A stretch of DNA of 30,453 nucleotides from a virus (Duplodnaviria > Heunggongvirae > Uroviricota > Caudoviricetes), in IMG/VR virus record IMGVR_UViG_2563366799_000004, positions 1 through 30,453 of that record, one strand, 5' to 3'. The translations under genes were made by a program, and so were the position numbers. Position 1 is the first letter of the stretch, and each line of letters begins with the position of its first letter. The notes beneath the pieces were generated by a model that saw nothing but the letters and a program-made list of their open reading frames with translations, was not told the DNA's origin and ran no database searches. Shown in pieces: positions 8,418 through 16,670 of this stretch.

Positions 8418-10130
8418 TTAAAACTCCTCCACAAAACTGCCGTTATCGCCGGTCACTTCCGCGCCGATCGGTTCGTTGTAAATGCCCTGCATAGTTGCCC
8501 ATGCCAGATCGCCGTGATTGCTGCCACGGGCCCGATCGGACTGGTAGGTAATAACGCCGCCTGCGGTGACTTTACGCACGGTCATAAACGACTGTGCGAG
8601 ATCCATCATTCCGGCGTCGAACTCAAAGCGCCCGGCACGAATGACCATCAACATTTTGAGCACCATCGACCGCTTAAGAACCGGTGAATAGTTGTATTTA
8701 ACCGCCTGCGGGAAGAACTTGATCACCAGTTGATAAACCGCATCGCCGATCCCTGTGCCGTCGATAGCAATGTGCTGCACGTTGTAGCGGGTGGTGATCT
8801 CTTTAATAAATTTGGCCTGCTCTTCGTACTCCATGCCGCGTAACTGGTGGCGTTCTACCGCGCGGAACTTGCCACCCGGCACGGCTGGCGGGGCCAGCAC
8901 AACCAGCCCGGCGCTGTCGCCTTTGCCGCTGCTGCCGTTGGGGTCATAGCTAACCCAGACAGGGCGATTACCCAGCGGGCGAGGTGCAAACGGGTTCCAG
9001 TCCGGCCACGCGTCCGGCATGTAGCCATCAACGCCGCAGCCCAAAATTGTGTTGTAGTCGAAGGCGCGTTCCCCTGCTTTAACGAAGGTACATCCGTACA
9101 GGTTGGCGTATTCGTCAAGGGAGTTTTCGCTACGGATTTCATCAATATCAACCAGATCGAAACCGAGCTTCATGGCGTCTTCCAGCGTGACTATCTGGCG
9201 CCAGATGTTATCCCCGCATAGCTTGCCGTTTTTCAGTGCCTTATAACTGGTGTCGATATCCACCCGATCGGATCGGCGGCGGCTTTCATTGAACTGATCG
9301 CCAGTCCAGAAGGGATAGGCTTCATGTTCTTCACTGGAAGGCGTCGAAAAGTAGGTGCGGCGCAGTCCTTTTTGTGTCGCCATGCCTGCGGCCACCGAGC
9401 GCAGTTTGATGAAATTACTGATCCAGAAGGCTTCATCAAGGTACAGATCGCCGGTGTAGCTCTGGGCCGTCGCGGCGGAGGTGCCGAGAAAATACAGGAT
9501 CGCACCGTTGCTTAACTCAATGGCATCACCGCCCTTAAGTTCTACTCCTATTTCCCTTGCCAGCTTCTGAATGAACCGCTTGAACTGGAACGCTTGGGCG
9601 CGGCTGGCTGACAGGAATATCTGATTATTTCCGGTTTCCAGCGCACGCAACAGCGCTTCGCGGGCAAAGTACCAGGTGGCACCAATCTGGCGCGATTTGA
9701 GGATAAAGCGGTTACGCCGGTTCCACTGTTTGAACCAGCGTTTTTGATGCTCGTATAGCGAATCAAAGATCAGGGCGCGAAGCTGAGTTATCTGTTCTTC
9801 GGTGAAATGGTTTTTCGGGGTCTTCGCCTTCTTCTCTTTCTCCTGGTCGCGTCGCTCATGCCGTTCAAAGCGGTCAAGCTGGCGCGCCAGCAGGTCAATT
9901 TCTTTAAAGTCCTTCGGGGTTTTGTCGTCCTTTTCCACTAGGCGCAGGTAACGAACGTGCGTGCGATCCTGCACCCGCTGCATGGGGGTAGCTTTATCCC
10001 ATTCATAGCGGCGGCGCCAACTGTAGATCGTGTTAATGCTCACCCCGATTTCCTTAGAAATCTGAGTGATGCTAAACGCCTGCCAGTAGAGGCTTTTGGC
10101 TTTTGTGCTGAGGTCTTCGGCTGTATTCAT
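8418..10130 (-). CDS. P: Terminase ATPase (large) subunit, P2 gpP-like
   Basis: 570 aa; region ILKSRQIGATWYFAREALL (Walker A-like) and strong similarity to P2 P throughout. Confidence 0.9.
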   Translation of the reverse strand: MNTAEDLSTKAKSLYWQAFSITQISKEIGVSINTIYSWRRRYEWDKATPMQRVQDRTHVRYLRLVEKDDKTPKDFKEIDLLARQLDRFERHERRDQEKEKKAKTPKNHFTEEQITQLRALIFDSLYEHQKRWFKQWNRRNRFILKSRQIGATWYFAREALLRALETGNNQIFLSASRAQAFQFKRFIQKLAREIGVELKGGDAIELSNGAILYFLGTSAATAQSYTGDLYLDEAFWISNFIKLRSVAAGMATQKGLRRTYFSTPSSEEHEAYPFWTGDQFNESRRRSDRVDIDTSYKALKNGKLCGDNIWRQIVTLEDAMKLGFDLVDIDEIRSENSLDEYANLYGCTFVKAGERAFDYNTILGCGVDGYMPDAWPDWNPFAPRPLGNRPVWVSYDPNGSSGKGDSAGLVVLAPPAVPGGKFRAVERHQLRGMEYEEQAKFIKEITTRYNVQHIAIDGTGIGDAVYQLVIKFFPQAVKYNYSPVLKRSMVLKMLMVIRAGRFEFDAGMMDLAQSFMTVRKVTAGGVITYQSDRARGSNHGDLAWATMQGIYNEPIGAEVTGDNGSFVEEF

Positions 10131-10143
10131 GGCAACAGGCTAT

Positions 10144-10231
10144 CGCGCTCGCGCGCGCAACAATATCGCCGCTGGTTGTCGCCTGAGTCCGACAAAGTGA
10201 AGGCTTTGCGCCTTCCGGCCGCAAAGGGAAT
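10144..10231. promoter_or_regulatory. Late promoter region between P and O: TTGT-N12-ACAA dyad (10176..10195), (GC)n tract (10150..10158), second dyad CTTTGCG-N9-CGCAAAG (10204..10226)
   Basis: The TGT-N12-ACA dyad is the known Ogr/Delta-dependent late promoter element of P2-like phages; it sits between divergent P and O. Confidence 0.55.
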
Positions 10232-10283
10232 GATTGGGGCACTGGTTAATATCAATCGCTTACCAACCCGGAGCTTTGTCACC

Positions 10284-11129
10284 ATGCCAATGACAAATTT
10301 TTTCCGCGCCGCAGTAGAGGGCGCAACCTGTGACGGTCGAGTACTGGAACGTCAGCACATCACCGAAATGGCCGAACAGTACGATCCCCAGGTATATGGC
10401 GCCCGCGTCAATCTGGAGCACATTTTAGGCTGGTCGCCGACAAGCGATTTCCGCGCGTATGGTGACGTGGTTGAAGCCAAAGCAGAAGAGATTGCCGAGG
10501 GCCCGCTAAAGGGCAAACTGGCGCTTCTGGTGAAGGTGGACGCCACGGACGAACTGGTAGAACTGAAAGGCAAACGCCAGAAAATCTACCATAGCATTGA
10601 GGTGCATCCGTCCTTTGCCGACACCGGAAAAGCCTACCTTATGGGGCTGGCCTGTACCGATAACCCGGCGAGCCTGGGCACCGAAATGATGAAGTTTTGC
10701 ACCCAGAACGCCAGCGCCAACCCACTGGCTGCGCGTCACTACGCACCTGAATGCTTCTTCACTGAAACCCTGGAATCATCCCTCGAATTTGCGCAGGAAG
10801 AGCCGCCAGCGTCCGACACCGGGAAGAATTTCTTTTCCCGTATCAAGGAAATGCTGACCGGAACCCGCCAGCACTTCGATCGTGAAAATGGCGATATCCG
10901 CCAGGCGGTTGAACTGGTAGCGGAAAGTCAGGGTGAATTGCTGGACAAGATGGAAAAACTGAGCGCAGGGCAGCTTAAGAACAAGCAGACCGCCGAAGCG
11001 GTGGATAAGTTGCGCTCTGAGTTCGACGAGATGAAAGCGCAGCTTTCTACCCAGGACGCCAGTAAATACCGCCGCCCGGAAGCGACCGGCGCAACTGAAA
11101 AATCTAACGCCCAGCTTGCTGACTGCTGA
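10284..11129 (+). CDS. O: Capsid scaffolding protein, P2 gpO-like
   Basis: Start set at ATG 10284 (GGAG 10 nt upstream); MPMTNFFRAAVEGATCDGRV matches the P2 O N-terminus; the track start at 9957 would overlap P. Confidence 0.85.
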   Translation: MPMTNFFRAAVEGATCDGRVLERQHITEMAEQYDPQVYGARVNLEHILGWSPTSDFRAYGDVVEAKAEEIAEGPLKGKLALLVKVDATDELVELKGKRQKIYHSIEVHPSFADTGKAYLMGLACTDNPASLGTEMMKFCTQNASANPLAARHYAPECFFTETLESSLEFAQEEPPASDTGKNFFSRIKEMLTGTRQHFDRENGDIRQAVELVAESQGELLDKMEKLSAGQLKNKQTAEAVDKLRSEFDEMKAQLSTQDASKYRRPEATGATEKSNAQLADC

Positions 11130-11169
11130 TCGCCGCCAGTAACGAAGGAACAGTACAGGAAATATAACT

Positions 11170-12216
11170 ATGCGTAATTCTACCCGTGAATTGTTTGATG
11201 CGTATCTTGAGCGACAAGCTGAACTGAATCACATCAATAAGTCCCACGTAACAAAGGCGTTCAGCATTGATCCGAGCGTTGAGCAGACGCTTGAAGACAA
11301 GGTGCAGCAGTCTTCCGAAATGTTGAAGAAGATTAATATCTACGGCGTTAACGATCAGTCCGGTGAAAAAATCGGTCTGGGTGTGAGCGGCCCGATCTCC
11401 AGCACCAACAATTCCACCACCGATCGCCGCCAGCCTGTTTCCGTCACGGCGCTGGATTCAAACAAGTACACCTGTAATAAGGTGAACGCGGATACTTTCG
11501 CCTCTTATGCGCAGCTTGATGCCTGGGCTAAATTCCCCGATTTCCAGCAGCGTCTGAGCAATCAGATCATCCAGCGTATCGCGCTTGATCGCATCATGAT
11601 CGGCTTTAACGGAACCAGCTACGCGGATAAGTCAGACCGCAACGCCAACCCGCTTTTGCAGGATTGTGGCATCGGCTGGCTGCAACAGTACCGCGCAAAC
11701 GCGCCGCAACGTGTAATGAAAGATATCACCGTGACCAGCCGCGACGATTCCAACCAGGTGATCGCTAAAGGTGATTACGGTAACTACGACTCGCTGGTTT
11801 ATGACGCGGTTAACTCACTGATGGACGAGTGGTACAAAGATTCGCCCAATCTGGTGGTGATCACCGGTCGTAACCTGACGGTTAGCCGTTCGTTCCCGAT
11901 CATCAACGCTGTCAGCACCAATAACCCGAACTCCGAAGCGCTGGCCGGTCAGTTGATCGCATCGCGTAAGACGATCGGCAACCTGCCTTCGTTCATCGCG
12001 CCTTTCTTCCCTGATGGCAGCATGTTTATCACTTCGTGGGAAAACCTGTCGATTTACTGGCAGGAAGGTGCGCACCGTCGCCGCATTGTGGAAGAGCCGG
12101 AATATAACCGCGTCTCTACTTACAGTTCGTCAAATGATGCCTATGTTGTTGAAGATTACGGCTTCGGCTGTCTGATCGAAGGCATTACCGCCGCCGAACC
12201 AGCACCGGCACCATAA
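11170..12216 (+). CDS. N: Major capsid protein, P2 gpN-like
   Basis: 348 aa; motifs ENLSIYW and VEDYGFGCL as in P2 N. Confidence 0.9.
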   Translation: MRNSTRELFDAYLERQAELNHINKSHVTKAFSIDPSVEQTLEDKVQQSSEMLKKINIYGVNDQSGEKIGLGVSGPISSTNNSTTDRRQPVSVTALDSNKYTCNKVNADTFASYAQLDAWAKFPDFQQRLSNQIIQRIALDRIMIGFNGTSYADKSDRNANPLLQDCGIGWLQQYRANAPQRVMKDITVTSRDDSNQVIAKGDYGNYDSLVYDAVNSLMDEWYKDSPNLVVITGRNLTVSRSFPIINAVSTNNPNSEALAGQLIASRKTIGNLPSFIAPFFPDGSMFITSWENLSIYWQEGAHRRRIVEEPEYNRVSTYSSSNDAYVVEDYGFGCLIEGITAAEPAPAP

Positions 12217-12258
12217 ATCAGCGCAGGCCAGCTAACTGCTGGCCGCTTTGGGGGCATC

Positions 12259-13107
12259 ATGTTGACACCTGCTCAACAACATTTTAACCGCGTGATGGCT
12301 GAACGCCGCCACGCCAGCCGTGAGCCGTCGCAGCTTGAAATGACGGCCTACGAAACCATGCTTCACCGCCTGCGACTGGATAAAGCCCGTTTAAGCCGTG
12401 TCCAGTCCCAGAAGGCTAAAGCGGATTTAAAACGCGAACTGCTGCCGGACTACCAGCCGTGGATCGAAGGCGTACTTACGGCAGATTCCGGCCAGTCTGA
12501 CGACGTGTTAACCACCGTCATGATCTGGTGCTGTGACTGCGGAAACATCGCTGAAGCCCTGCGCATTGGTCAGTATGTCTTGCGCCATAAGTTGCCGATG
12601 CCGGATCAGTATCGCCGCACCACTGCCACCGTACTGGTGGAAGAAATTTGCGATCCCGTCATGGCTGCATTCAAAGCTAACCCGGCTGTTGCGCCGGTCG
12701 CCGCTGACCTGCTGGAAGCGTTACGGGGCTTAACCCTGAACGAAGATATGCCGGATGAGGTGCGCTCAAAGCTGCTTAAGGCGCTGGGGTATACGCTGCG
12801 CCTGACTGACAACGTTGAATCGCTTACCGCTGCGGTTGAATACCTGCGCCAGGCGGCAGTGTTGAACCCGAAAAAAGCAGGCGTAACCCGTGATATTGAG
12901 CTTCTGCAACGTGCGCTTAAGAAGTCCGGGCAACCTGCTGACGGTGAGGGCGCAGACGGCAAGCCAGAAGCAAACAACACCGAAACCCAGACGGCAACGC
13001 CGCCAGCCCAGCCAAAAGCGAAGCGGGAAACCAAAAAGCCCGCCGCTAAAAGCAAGCCGGCAGCGAAGAAAAGAACCACGACAGCCCGCCAGAAGGCGGC
13101 GTCATAA
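12259..13107 (+). CDS. M: Terminase small (endonuclease) subunit, P2 gpM-like, with a basic Ala/Lys/Pro-rich C-terminal tail
   Basis: 282 aa; gene order after N; C-terminal ~60 aa is low-complexity (KPAAKSKPAAKKRTTTARQKAAS). Confidence 0.8.
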   Translation: MLTPAQQHFNRVMAERRHASREPSQLEMTAYETMLHRLRLDKARLSRVQSQKAKADLKRELLPDYQPWIEGVLTADSGQSDDVLTTVMIWCCDCGNIAEALRIGQYVLRHKLPMPDQYRRTTATVLVEEICDPVMAAFKANPAVAPVAADLLEALRGLTLNEDMPDEVRSKLLKALGYTLRLTDNVESLTAAVEYLRQAAVLNPKKAGVTRDIELLQRALKKSGQPADGEGADGKPEANNTETQTATPPAQPKAKRETKKPAAKSKPAAKKRTTTARQKAAS

Positions 13108-13209
13108 CCGAACGTGCCCCCGCGCACCCAGGCGGCACGGCAGGCGAAAACAGGCAACGCCGCGTCTTCGTCCTGCCGTCCACCGCCTGACTTATACGGA
13201 GTAGAGATC

Positions 13210-13698
13210 ATGAGTCTGGTAGCCACTGAGCCAGTACGGCCACCATCCGATCCAGTGCCTGATGATGGCGGCGCGAAGGTTGAAAGCCTGCCATTCTGGC
13301 CGGTCATTTCGCTGGCTGAACTACGCCGCGCGATGCGTCTTGATGGGCAGGTGACAACCGATCGCCTGATGTCGCGAACGGTGGAAGCGGTGGCCCATGT
13401 TAATGATCAGCTTTTCCTGTGGCGCCAGGTGCAGATTGATGCGGGCTATGAGTCATTGGCAGAAATTCCGGCCAGTCCGGTGAATGGCACTTCCGTGAAG
13501 GTATGGCGCTATAAAAACGCCGTGTATTCACTCACTAAGGCGCTGTTGATTGAAGGCTACCGCGATATTGACACCACCAGTAAAGGCGAAGACCACGCGG
13601 CGGCATTGAGCACGCAGATCGATACGCTGTGGCGGGATGTGCGCTGGTCAATCCGTGATATCCAGGACGAAAGCCGGGGCCTGGCGGAGTTGGTGTAA
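13210..13698 (+). CDS. L: Head completion/stabilisation protein, P2 gpL-like
   Basis: Start at ATG 13210 (SD GGAGTAGAG); the track start 13114 adds an implausible basic extension. Confidence 0.8.
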   Translation: MSLVATEPVRPPSDPVPDDGGAKVESLPFWPVISLAELRRAMRLDGQVTTDRLMSRTVEAVAHVNDQLFLWRQVQIDAGYESLAEIPASPVNGTSVKVWRYKNAVYSLTKALLIEGYRDIDTTSKGEDHAAALSTQIDTLWRDVRWSIRDIQDESRGLAELV

Positions 13699-13898
13699 TG
13701 AACGTTCAGGCGCAGCAAAACGACACGATCGACCTGCTTTGCTGGCGCTATTACGGCAGAACAGCAGGCGTTACCGAGGCGGTGATCGATGCCAATAAGG
13801 GCATTTCCGCCGCCACTGAGTTGCAGGCCGGGCAGATTGTCTACCTGCCAGAGATCCAGCCGCCAGCCCAGCGGGAAACCGTGCAGCTATGGGATTAA
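13698..13898 (+). CDS. X: Tail protein X (LysM-like), P2 gpX-like
   Basis: 66 aa; ATG overlaps the L stop; conserved position before the lysis genes. Confidence 0.8.
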   Translation: MNVQAQQNDTIDLLCWRYYGRTAGVTEAVIDANKGISAATELQAGQIVYLPEIQPPAQRETVQLWD

Positions 13899-13908
13899 GG
13901 GGGAGGGT

Positions 13909-14238
13909 ATGCACGACACACCACCGGGATTACTCGAACAAACAATGAAATGGATCGCTACTTATCTGCCGACACTGTTTGCGGCTGGTGCGGCGCTGAG
14001 TATTTCGGCGCTAATGAGCCTTTACGATGGGCAGTCTTTGCTTAAAACCGCCACCGGATCGCTGGTATGTGGGATTGTCACGCTTGCTGTGTCCGGTTCG
14101 CTGGAATATCTGGGGCTTCCGTCCAACGCAGTAACGTTCGTGGGCGCCTCCATCGGATTTATGGGAGCGGATAAAGTCCGCAACAAAGTTACTGGGTTTA
14201 TCGAAAACCGTATCGGCGGAATGAAGGGCGGGGAATAA
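13909..14238 (+). CDS. Putative holin (three predicted TM helices)
   Basis: ATG 13909 with SD AAGGGGGAGGG; 109 aa with three hydrophobic segments; first gene of the lysis cassette. Confidence 0.65.
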   Translation: MHDTPPGLLEQTMKWIATYLPTLFAAGAALSISALMSLYDGQSLLKTATGSLVCGIVTLAVSGSLEYLGLPSNAVTFVGASIGFMGADKVRNKVTGFIENRIGGMKGGE

Positions 14239-14302
14239 ATCCCATCACCTGAAATGATTTGCTGGTTGGCGGTTTTATTCACTGTCAAAGAGGAATGCAG
14301 CC

Positions 14303-14782
14303 ATGAAAGAACCATCATGGATTGTTGAAGGTCGTAAATATATTGGTGAAAAGGAAATTAAAGGGCCAGAGCATAACCCGCTAATTTTACAGTTCTGGAA
14401 GGATATAAAACGAGGCGGTATTAAGGACGACGAAACGCCGTGGTGTGCGGCTTACGTTGGGGGAGTGCTGGAACGTTCAGGTATCACATCAAGCCGCTTT
14501 GAATCAGCCGCATCTTATCTTAATTGGGGGGTGAAGCTGGATAAACCTGCATATGGTTGTGTGGTGGTATTCAGCCGTGACGGCGGCGGTCATGTTGGCT
14601 TTGTTGTTGGTCAGCAGGCAAATGGCGATTTGATGGTACTGGGTGGAAATCAGAGTGATGCGGTGAATATCCGTGCGTTTTCTACATCGCGGGTATCTGG
14701 ATATCGCTGGCCGAAAGATATTCCTGTCGATGTTCAACCATTGCCGCAGCTATCCGGTACGCGCTCCGTTTCTGAGTCGTGA
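14303..14782 (+). CDS. Endolysin-like peptidoglycan hydrolase (CHAP/NlpC-P60-like Cys-His fold)
   Basis: 159 aa; candidate catalytic Cys (ETPWCAAYVG) and His (GGGHVGFVVG); sits between holin and spanins. Confidence 0.65.
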   Translation: MKEPSWIVEGRKYIGEKEIKGPEHNPLILQFWKDIKRGGIKDDETPWCAAYVGGVLERSGITSSRFESAASYLNWGVKLDKPAYGCVVVFSRDGGGHVGFVVGQQANGDLMVLGGNQSDAVNIRAFSTSRVSGYRWPKDIPVDVQPLPQLSGTRSVSES

Positions 14783-14790
14783 TCATGTCT

Positions 14791-14862
14791 AACCGTGCTG
14801 GCCGTGCGTATCGAGCGCGGTCATTTTTGACAGTGCTCCAGCACGTACGGTAATGACAGTGC
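14791..14862 (+). repeat. ~70-bp repeat element, copy A (partner at 21314..21385)
   Basis: About 80% identity to copy B over ~70 bp in the same orientation; nested inverted repeat ACCGTGCTGG...CCAGCACGTACGGT. Confidence 0.7.
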
Positions 14863-14883
14863 GAGCTGGCGAGAGGTTTAGAT

Positions 14884-15414
14884 ATGGGGTTGTCACGCTG
14901 GAAAGTGATCGTTTGTCTTGTGCTGGCCGCTGCTGCTGTATGGGGTTTTAGCCACTGGCGTTACAGCGCCGGTTACGGTGATGCAGATCAGCACTGGCGT
15001 GAAAAGTGGGCGCAACGTGATGCACGCGACGCCACCGCGCTGGCGCAAAGGCAGGCTGAGGCCAGGACAGAAGAACAACGCCGACAAGGTGAAATTGATG
15101 CGATCAGAAAACAAACCAGTCAGCAGCTTGCTGGCGTGCAGGCTGCTGCCGATCGTGCCAGTGCTGTTTCTCGTGGGCTGCACGCCAAAGCCGACGAACT
15201 CGCCAGAAGACTGGCAGACCGTGAACGTGCCTGCGGTGCCGGAACTCCCGGCAGAAGCGAGGCAAAAGCCAGCGGTGCCGCATTGCTTGCCGACCTGTTT
15301 AAGCGGGCTGACGAGCGAGCGGGGGAACTGGCAAGAGAAGCTGATGAAGCAAGAGCCAGAGGATTAGCCTGTGAGGCTGCGTATGATGCGGTTAAGTCCG
15401 GGGGGAATAAGTAA
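14884..15414 (+). CDS. lysB: Inner-membrane spanin (Rz / LysB-like)
   Basis: N-terminal TM segment, Arg/Ala/Glu-rich coiled-coil region; embedded +1-frame lipoprotein gene. Confidence 0.8.
   Translation: MGLSRWKVIVCLVLAAAAVWGFSHWRYSAGYGDADQHWREKWAQRDARDATALAQRQAEARTEEQRRQGEIDAIRKQTSQQLAGVQAAADRASAVSRGLHAKADELARRLADRERACGAGTPGRSEAKASGAALLADLFKRADERAGELAREADEARARGLACEAAYDAVKSGGNK
15098..15367 (+). CDS. lysC: Outer-membrane lipoprotein spanin (Rz1 / LysC-like), embedded in lysB
   Basis: ATG 15098 in the +1 frame of lysB; signal peptide with lipobox LVGC; proline-rich mature part. Confidence 0.75.
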   Translation: MRSENKPVSSLLACRLLPIVPVLFLVGCTPKPTNSPEDWQTVNVPAVPELPAEARQKPAVPHCLPTCLSGLTSERGNWQEKLMKQEPED

Positions 15415-15908
15415 TGCTTAAACCCGATTTACTGCGCCAGATGATAAGCCAGCATGTGCCCTGGCTGCGCGAAAATCCCGATAATATGGCGGTTTATCTG
15501 CGAAAAGGTCGTATGGTCAGCACCGGCCAGCGTGCTGCTGCGTTTGAGTATCGCTATACGCTGGAAGTGCTGGTGATGGATTACCCTGAATCTCTGGATA
15601 CTATCAGCGTGCCGGTGCTGGCATGGGCGCGCTTATATCAGCCTGATCTGTTGTTTAACCCGGACAGACAGCAGAACGGCATAACATTCGAAGCCGATAT
15701 TCTGAGTAACAGCACGATGGACGTACTGATCCAGATTCAGGCTGATGAAGCGGTAATCGTCACCCGTGAAGATGGCGAGATCGTCACCAGTCACCGTGCT
15801 GACCCTGCACCGGGGCCGGAAATTGGCGCGTGGTCACTGGTATTTGTTGATGAGGTCAGCGGCGAAACATGGCAGGACAACAAACCGATCCCCTCTTCCA
15901 GCAGTTAG
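15414..15908 (+). CDS. R: Tail completion protein R (P2 gpR-like)
   Basis: 164 aa; ATG overlaps the lysB stop (TAATG); position as in P2. Confidence 0.8.
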   Translation: MLKPDLLRQMISQHVPWLRENPDNMAVYLRKGRMVSTGQRAAAFEYRYTLEVLVMDYPESLDTISVPVLAWARLYQPDLLFNPDRQQNGITFEADILSNSTMDVLIQIQADEAVIVTREDGEIVTSHRADPAPGPEIGAWSLVFVDEVSGETWQDNKPIPSSSS

Positions 15909-16513
15909 ACGACTGGTTAGCCAGCGTTGCCGCGCAGCTTTCGCCCGGACACCGTCGCAAGCTGACGCGCGACGTTGCGATCGGGCTGCGTAAGCGCCAG
16001 CAAAAGCGTATCGCCAGCCAGAAGAACCCCAGCGGTGAAAGCTATCAGGCCCGCCGCCGCAAAATTCTGCGCACCCAGGGCGGGATAAAATTCGTATGGA
16101 ATGATGAGGCCAGGGAGTTACGCAACTGGCGAACCACGGGCAGGGGTGAGCACCGCGCAATCACCGGCTATGACGTTGATCGCGGTGCCCTGCGCACGTT
16201 CTATAAGCGCGATATCCAGCGCTATATTGAAATCAATCTCAACCAGTCAAAGCAAAACCGCACCAGAAAGGATCCGATGTTCCGCAAGCTGCGCACCGCA
16301 CGCTTTCTTAAGGCTTACGGTACGGGCGGCATGGCAGTGGTTGGCTTTCAGGGGCATACCGCCGAAATTGCCAGCGTTCACCAGTACGGTGAAGTCGATA
16401 ACGTGGTGCCGGGTGCCCGTGCACGCTACCCGGTGCGTGAACTCCTGGGCATGACCGAGGGGGATTTAGACTGGCTGGTCGATACTGTTGTCGCCTTCAT
16501 GCAAGAGATTTGA
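15869..16513 (+). CDS. S: Tail completion / virion morphogenesis protein S (P2 gpS-like)
   Basis: 214 aa; overlaps the R 3' end as R/S do in P2. Confidence 0.7.
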   Translation: MAGQQTDPLFQQLDDWLASVAAQLSPGHRRKLTRDVAIGLRKRQQKRIASQKNPSGESYQARRRKILRTQGGIKFVWNDEARELRNWRTTGRGEHRAITGYDVDRGALRTFYKRDIQRYIEINLNQSKQNRTRKDPMFRKLRTARFLKAYGTGGMAVVGFQGHTAEIASVHQYGEVDNVVPGARARYPVRELLGMTEGDLDWLVDTVVAFMQEI

Positions 16514-16560
16514 TTGTCACCAACCCGCCACAAGGGCGCCGCGTTGTTTGCGCGCGCGCG
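16514..16560 (+). promoter_or_regulatory. Late promoter element upstream of V: TTGT-N12-ACAA followed by GCGTTGTTTG(CG)5
   Basis: Perfect TTGT-N12-ACAA dyad (16514..16533) and alternating CG tract (16551..16560), ~110 bp upstream of V. Confidence 0.6.
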
Positions 16561-16670
16561 ACTCCTGATACTGACTGCATAACCCAAAAGCCGAAACGGT
16601 CGTAAAGCCTGCTACCGGGTGGAAACGACGCCGGACAGCGTAACCGGCACCACGGGAAACAGTCAGCACT

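Noticed and set aside
7399-10130. Plus-strand ORFs (7399..7677, 7644..7859, 7896..8087, 8187..8687, 8847..9221, 9324..9515) and minus-strand alternative-frame ORFs (8855..9151, 9233..9505, 9548..9766) within Q and P
   Set aside because: All lie inside the portal or terminase genes in non-coding frames; Q and P are strongly supported by family similarity.
9957-10283. Upstream extension of O to the track start at 9957
   Set aside because: Would overlap the P coding region by 174 bp on the opposite strand and cover the late promoter; the P2 O N-terminus aligns from MPMTNFF at 10284.
13114-13209. Upstream extension of L to 13114 and the overlapping ORF 12890..13204
   Set aside because: Extension is Arg/Pro-rich with no SD and covers the M-L intergenic hairpin; ATG 13210 has a good SD.
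14254-14328. Tiny 24-codon ORF between holin and endolysin
   Set aside because: Too short and unsupported by any start signal beyond an ATG; could be a small antiholin-like peptide, but the evidence is insufficient to call.
14918-15097. Upstream 60 codons of the +1-frame ORF 14918..15367, as part of lysC
   Set aside because: The signal peptide and lipobox begin at the internal ATG 15098; the upstream part has no lipoprotein features.
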